A DNA stretch of 64,000 nucleotides. Origin: an uncultured Gemmatimonadales bacterium (lineage in GTDB: Bacteria; Gemmatimonadota; Gemmatimonadetes; Gemmatimonadales; GWC2-71-9). The position numbers and the translations under genes were made by a program. The stretch spans positions 20,755-84,754 of the forward strand of contig CAVSQW010000003.1 in assembly GCA_963730185.1 (NCBI GenBank), read 5' to 3'. Positions 61,342-64,000 of this stretch are shown piece by piece (within the stretch, counting starts at the first letter, position 1; each line of letters opens with the position of its first letter). The notes below the pieces were generated by a model that saw nothing but the letters and a program-made list of their open reading frames with translations, did no database searches and was not told where the DNA came from.

Positions 61342-61343
61342 CG

Positions 61344-62201
61344 TCACCCCGTCGGTGCGTCGAGTCCGCCGCCCTGGTAGCGTTCGCCCGCCTCGATCGC
61401 GATCGGCACCCGGTTGCCGCGCCACGGCGCCGGGCAGGCGTAGACCGCACTGTAGGCGCAGAACGGATTGCGGGCCCGATTGAAGTCGAGCTGGTACCGT
61501 CCGCTCCCATCCGGGACGAGGCGGACGAACCGCCCGGCCGGATAGGTGTCGTGACCGTTGGTCTCATCCTGGAAGTAGATCTCCAGCTCCGACTCCTCCG
61601 TGCCGGCCGTCTGGAGCCGGAAGACCCGAAGTCGAAGGCTATCGGCACCGCTCGGGAACTGGACCTGCCCCACCTCGTTGGCCTCCGCAACCGTACCGTC
61701 CGGTCCCAGGAGCCGTTCGGTGCCACCCGCGTCCCCGCCCTCGAGCGTCACCTGGAAACGCCACCGTTCGCTATCGGGATAGTAGCTCGGCGGGTGAAAC
61801 CTGGGAGCCTCCGGACCAAATACGGTCAGAACGGCCTGGCCCGGCGGTCCGCCGGCGAGGAAATGGTAGTCTCCGGCTGCGGTGAGCCGCTCGCGGGCGA
61901 GGGGGCGCTCCGTCCCGTCGACCGTCAGCCGGAGCCGACCGGCGCTCGCCTCCACCTGCACCGGGCCCAGACCGGTGAGCGGAATGTCGGCCGTCGGAGG
62001 GCCCAGGGTGACCCTGCCGGCGAGGGGATACTGGACGATCGCGCGATAGGGCGAGCTGGCCGCGTGCTCGAGCCAGTTGGTAAGCTCGGCTCGTTCGGCG
62101 GCCACCGCCTCGCTGCCTGCCGGTCGGGCCGGCTCGGGGGTCCGGCCGCAGCCGCCGATCGCGGCCAGGGCCGCCGTGGCGACGAGGGGCGTTGCCCTCA
62201 C
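61344..62201 (-). CDS. DUF1684 family lipoprotein
   Basis: Lipobox IGGC; FQDETNGHDTYPAGRF, LDFNRARNPFCAY..YACP, IEAGE; GTGA overlap with thiO. Confidence 0.85.
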   Translation of the reverse strand: MRATPLVATAALAAIGGCGRTPEPARPAGSEAVAAERAELTNWLEHAASSPYRAIVQYPLAGRVTLGPPTADIPLTGLGPVQVEASAGRLRLTVDGTERPLARERLTAAGDYHFLAGGPPGQAVLTVFGPEAPRFHPPSYYPDSERWRFQVTLEGGDAGGTERLLGPDGTVAEANEVGQVQFPSGADSLRLRVFRLQTAGTEESELEIYFQDETNGHDTYPAGRFVRLVPDGSGRYQLDFNRARNPFCAYSAVYACPAPWRGNRVPIAIEAGERYQGGGLDAPTG

Positions 62202-63304
62202 CAGCTCCAGAACCGCTCGGGACGGAGGGCGTCCACGCCTTCGAAGGTGGGCTCGCCGCCCATCAGGTGGGTCAGGATCACCGCCGTGACACCGGCCAGC
62301 AGGATGCCGTTCCGCCCGTGACCGGTGGCGTACCAGACGCCCTCCACTCCCGGCTCGGGGCCGACGATCGGAAGGCCGTCGGGTGTCCCCGGACGGAGCC
62401 CGGCCGACGTGCGGATCACCGGCTCGCTGGCGAGGAGCGGAATCAGCCGGTTGGTCTCCCGTTGCACCGACTCCGAGCCGGCGTCGGTCACCACGGCGGA
62501 GAACCCGGCGTGCTCGACGGTCGCGCCGCACCACGCCTCGCCCCGACGTTCCAGGACGTAGCTCCGGTCGCCGTAGACGATCCCGGGTGGGATCTTCTCG
62601 GGCCAGCGCCGGGCGACCATCTGGCCCCGGACCGGCTCGACCGACACGGGGCGGGGCAGACCGTCGAGCCGGCCGGTCCAAGCGCCGGCCGCCAGAACCA
62701 CGTTGCCAGTGGGATAGCGGCCCAGGGCGCCCCGGACGCCGGCGATCCGGCCGCTCGCGATGTCGAGACCGATGGCGGCGTCGGCCTCGAACCGGGCACC
62801 GGCCGTCCGGGCGCTGGCCCGGAGCGTCTCCACCAATCGAACCGGGTTGAGCGACCCGTCGTGGGGGGCCCAAAGCGCCCCGTCGCACTCGCCAACCCAA
62901 GGCCGGTCGGTTCGGACCTCCGCCTCGGACAGCCAGTCGACGGCGTGGCCGTGCTGCCGCTGCCACGCCACGCTGGCCCGGAGCCGGTGCTCCGCGTCGT
63001 CGCCGTGCGCGACCCGGAGAATGCCGCCTTCGAAGAGCTCGAGATCGATCCCGGTCTCCTCGGCCAGCTCCTCCGCCCGGTCCCGGTAGAATTCCCGGCC
63101 CGCGACCCCGAGCTCGAACAAGGGACCGTCGGGATCGACGTCGATCTGGGGTGAGAGCAGGCCGGCCGATGCCTTCCACGCCGTGCCCCGCCCGTCGTCC
63201 GGATCGAGCACCAGCACCGACCGGTTTGCCCGGGCCAGCTCCCGGGCGCACGCCGCGCCGATTGGGCCACCGCCCACAACCACAACGTCTTGTGTATCAG
63301 CCAC
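62198..63304 (-). CDS. thiO: Glycine oxidase ThiO-like FAD oxidoreductase
   Basis: VVGGGPIG, ASAGLL, PVRGQM, GLRPGTPD..P, ATGHGRNGILLA. Confidence 0.8.
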   Translation of the reverse strand: MADTQDVVVVGGGPIGAACARELARANRSVLVLDPDDGRGTAWKASAGLLSPQIDVDPDGPLFELGVAGREFYRDRAEELAEETGIDLELFEGGILRVAHGDDAEHRLRASVAWQRQHGHAVDWLSEAEVRTDRPWVGECDGALWAPHDGSLNPVRLVETLRASARTAGARFEADAAIGLDIASGRIAGVRGALGRYPTGNVVLAAGAWTGRLDGLPRPVSVEPVRGQMVARRWPEKIPPGIVYGDRSYVLERRGEAWCGATVEHAGFSAVVTDAGSESVQRETNRLIPLLASEPVIRTSAGLRPGTPDGLPIVGPEPGVEGVWYATGHGRNGILLAGVTAVILTHLMGGEPTFEGVDALRPERFWSW

Positions 63305-63316
63305 TTAGGTGCCCGA

Positions 63317-63342
63317 TGAAACTTTCTGAAACGTTTGGCGTA
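63317..63342 (+). promoter_or_regulatory. ECF sigma (SigW-type) promoter
   Basis: TGAAAC(63317-63322)-N16-CGTA(63339-63342). Confidence 0.65.
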
Positions 63343-63388
63343 TATTAGGTTGATTCGGCAGTCCCTCAAGCAGCGAGGAGAACATACC

Positions 63389-63607
63389 ATGGTCCGAGGT
63401 CTCGTGGGTTTCGCTGGCGTTTTCGTCCTGTTCGTGGTCGGGATGAAGGTGATCGGCCTCGTCCTTGGCGGCGTGCTCGCGTTGGTGTTGAAACTGGTGT
63501 GGTTCGCCTTCCTGGGTTGGCTGATCTACACCGCGATTCGCATCCTGAGCCCGTCGACGGCCGATCGCATTCGAGAGACGGTTCGCGGACGCCCCAGCGA
63601 ATCCTGA
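63389..63607 (+). CDS. Small membrane protein (72 aa)
   Basis: GAGGAG RBS; long hydrophobic stretch and polar C-terminal tail; own promoter and terminator. Confidence 0.75.
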   Translation: MVRGLVGFAGVFVLFVVGMKVIGLVLGGVLALVLKLVWFAFLGWLIYTAIRILSPSTADRIRETVRGRPSES

Positions 63608-63642
63608 CAACTCGAGCTCCGGCGGTCTCCGCCGGGCTCTCG

Positions 63643-63690
63643 ACCCGTGAGGTCGGCCTCCTCCCCCTGGCCGACCTCACGGGTTGTTTT
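63643..63690 (+). terminator. Intrinsic terminator
   Basis: 16-bp stem ACCCGTGAGGTCGGCC/GGCCGACCTCACGGGT followed by TGTTTT. Confidence 0.75.
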
Positions 63691-63743
63691 CACCGACCGT
63701 GCCTCGATGAGACGCCCTCCCCGGGCAGGGCGTTGCCGGCCCC

Positions 63744-64000
63744 TCAGTCGCCCGGGCTGCTGACGACCCGATCGAGTCGCAGGGTCACCGTACCCCACGG
63801 ATAGCGGGAGCGGATCTGCACCGGCAGGCGACGGGCGTCGGTGGTGAGCCAGAGCCGCGCCTCGGCCCGGTCCGCGAACATGCCTCGGTCACCGAGCACC
63901 GGGTTCAGGACCAGGCACTCCACCTCGGTCCCGTCCGGCAGCGACATCATCTCGCTCTTGAGCACCTTGACCACCAGCGGGTTCTGATCCTGCCGGTAGT
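63744..64000 (-). CDS. DUF3108-like protein, C-terminal part (5' end outside window)
   Basis: GMF...A.LWLTTDARRLPVQIRS....GTVTL pattern. Confidence 0.6.
   Translation of the reverse strand, partial: YRQDQNPLVVKVLKSEMMSLPDGTEVECLVLNPVLGDRGMFADRAEARLWLTTDARRLPVQIRSRYPWGTVTLRLDRVVSSPGD

Noticed and set aside
63305..63388. TPP riboswitch upstream of thiO
   Set aside because: Gap is short, lacks the CTGAGA core and is occupied by the divergent promoter

Overview
High-GC (about 70% by eye) bacterial chromosomal segment, most consistent with Gemmatimonadota; this is inferred from gene content, not measured. It is mostly housekeeping: mlaD fragment, Nudix, an F1-only atpAGDC operon, three tandem beta-barrel genes plus a Bor-like lipoprotein, waaA, a CPA2 antiporter, the imuA-imuB-dnaE2 mutasome cassette, TPM/NTase/LemA, an M23 peptidase, dnaE-accA-ricT-metG, a peptidase/PorV-like cluster, a hybrid sensor kinase, fused IOR, lipA-pdhABC-lpdA...lipB and a thiO operon. 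I recognised no rRNA, tRNA, CRISPR or IS. The most interesting signals are non-coding. (1) A stand-alone structured transcript at about 10.4-10.6 kb carries a perfect 15-nt complement of the 16S rRNA 3' end directly before a 20-codon ORF. (2) A CTTCGG-N5-CTTCGG direct repeat inside the imuA promoter is a candidate lineage-specific SOS box. (3) A Rex/CRP-like palindrome covers the atpA -10 box. (4) Near-consensus sigma28 and SigW-type promoters precede genes of unknown function. (5) Short-tandem-repeat palindromes lie between genes and in-frame inside dnaE2, imuB and pdhC. Seven genes carry frameshifts, densest at 55.9-58.2 kb, most likely sequencing/assembly indels.
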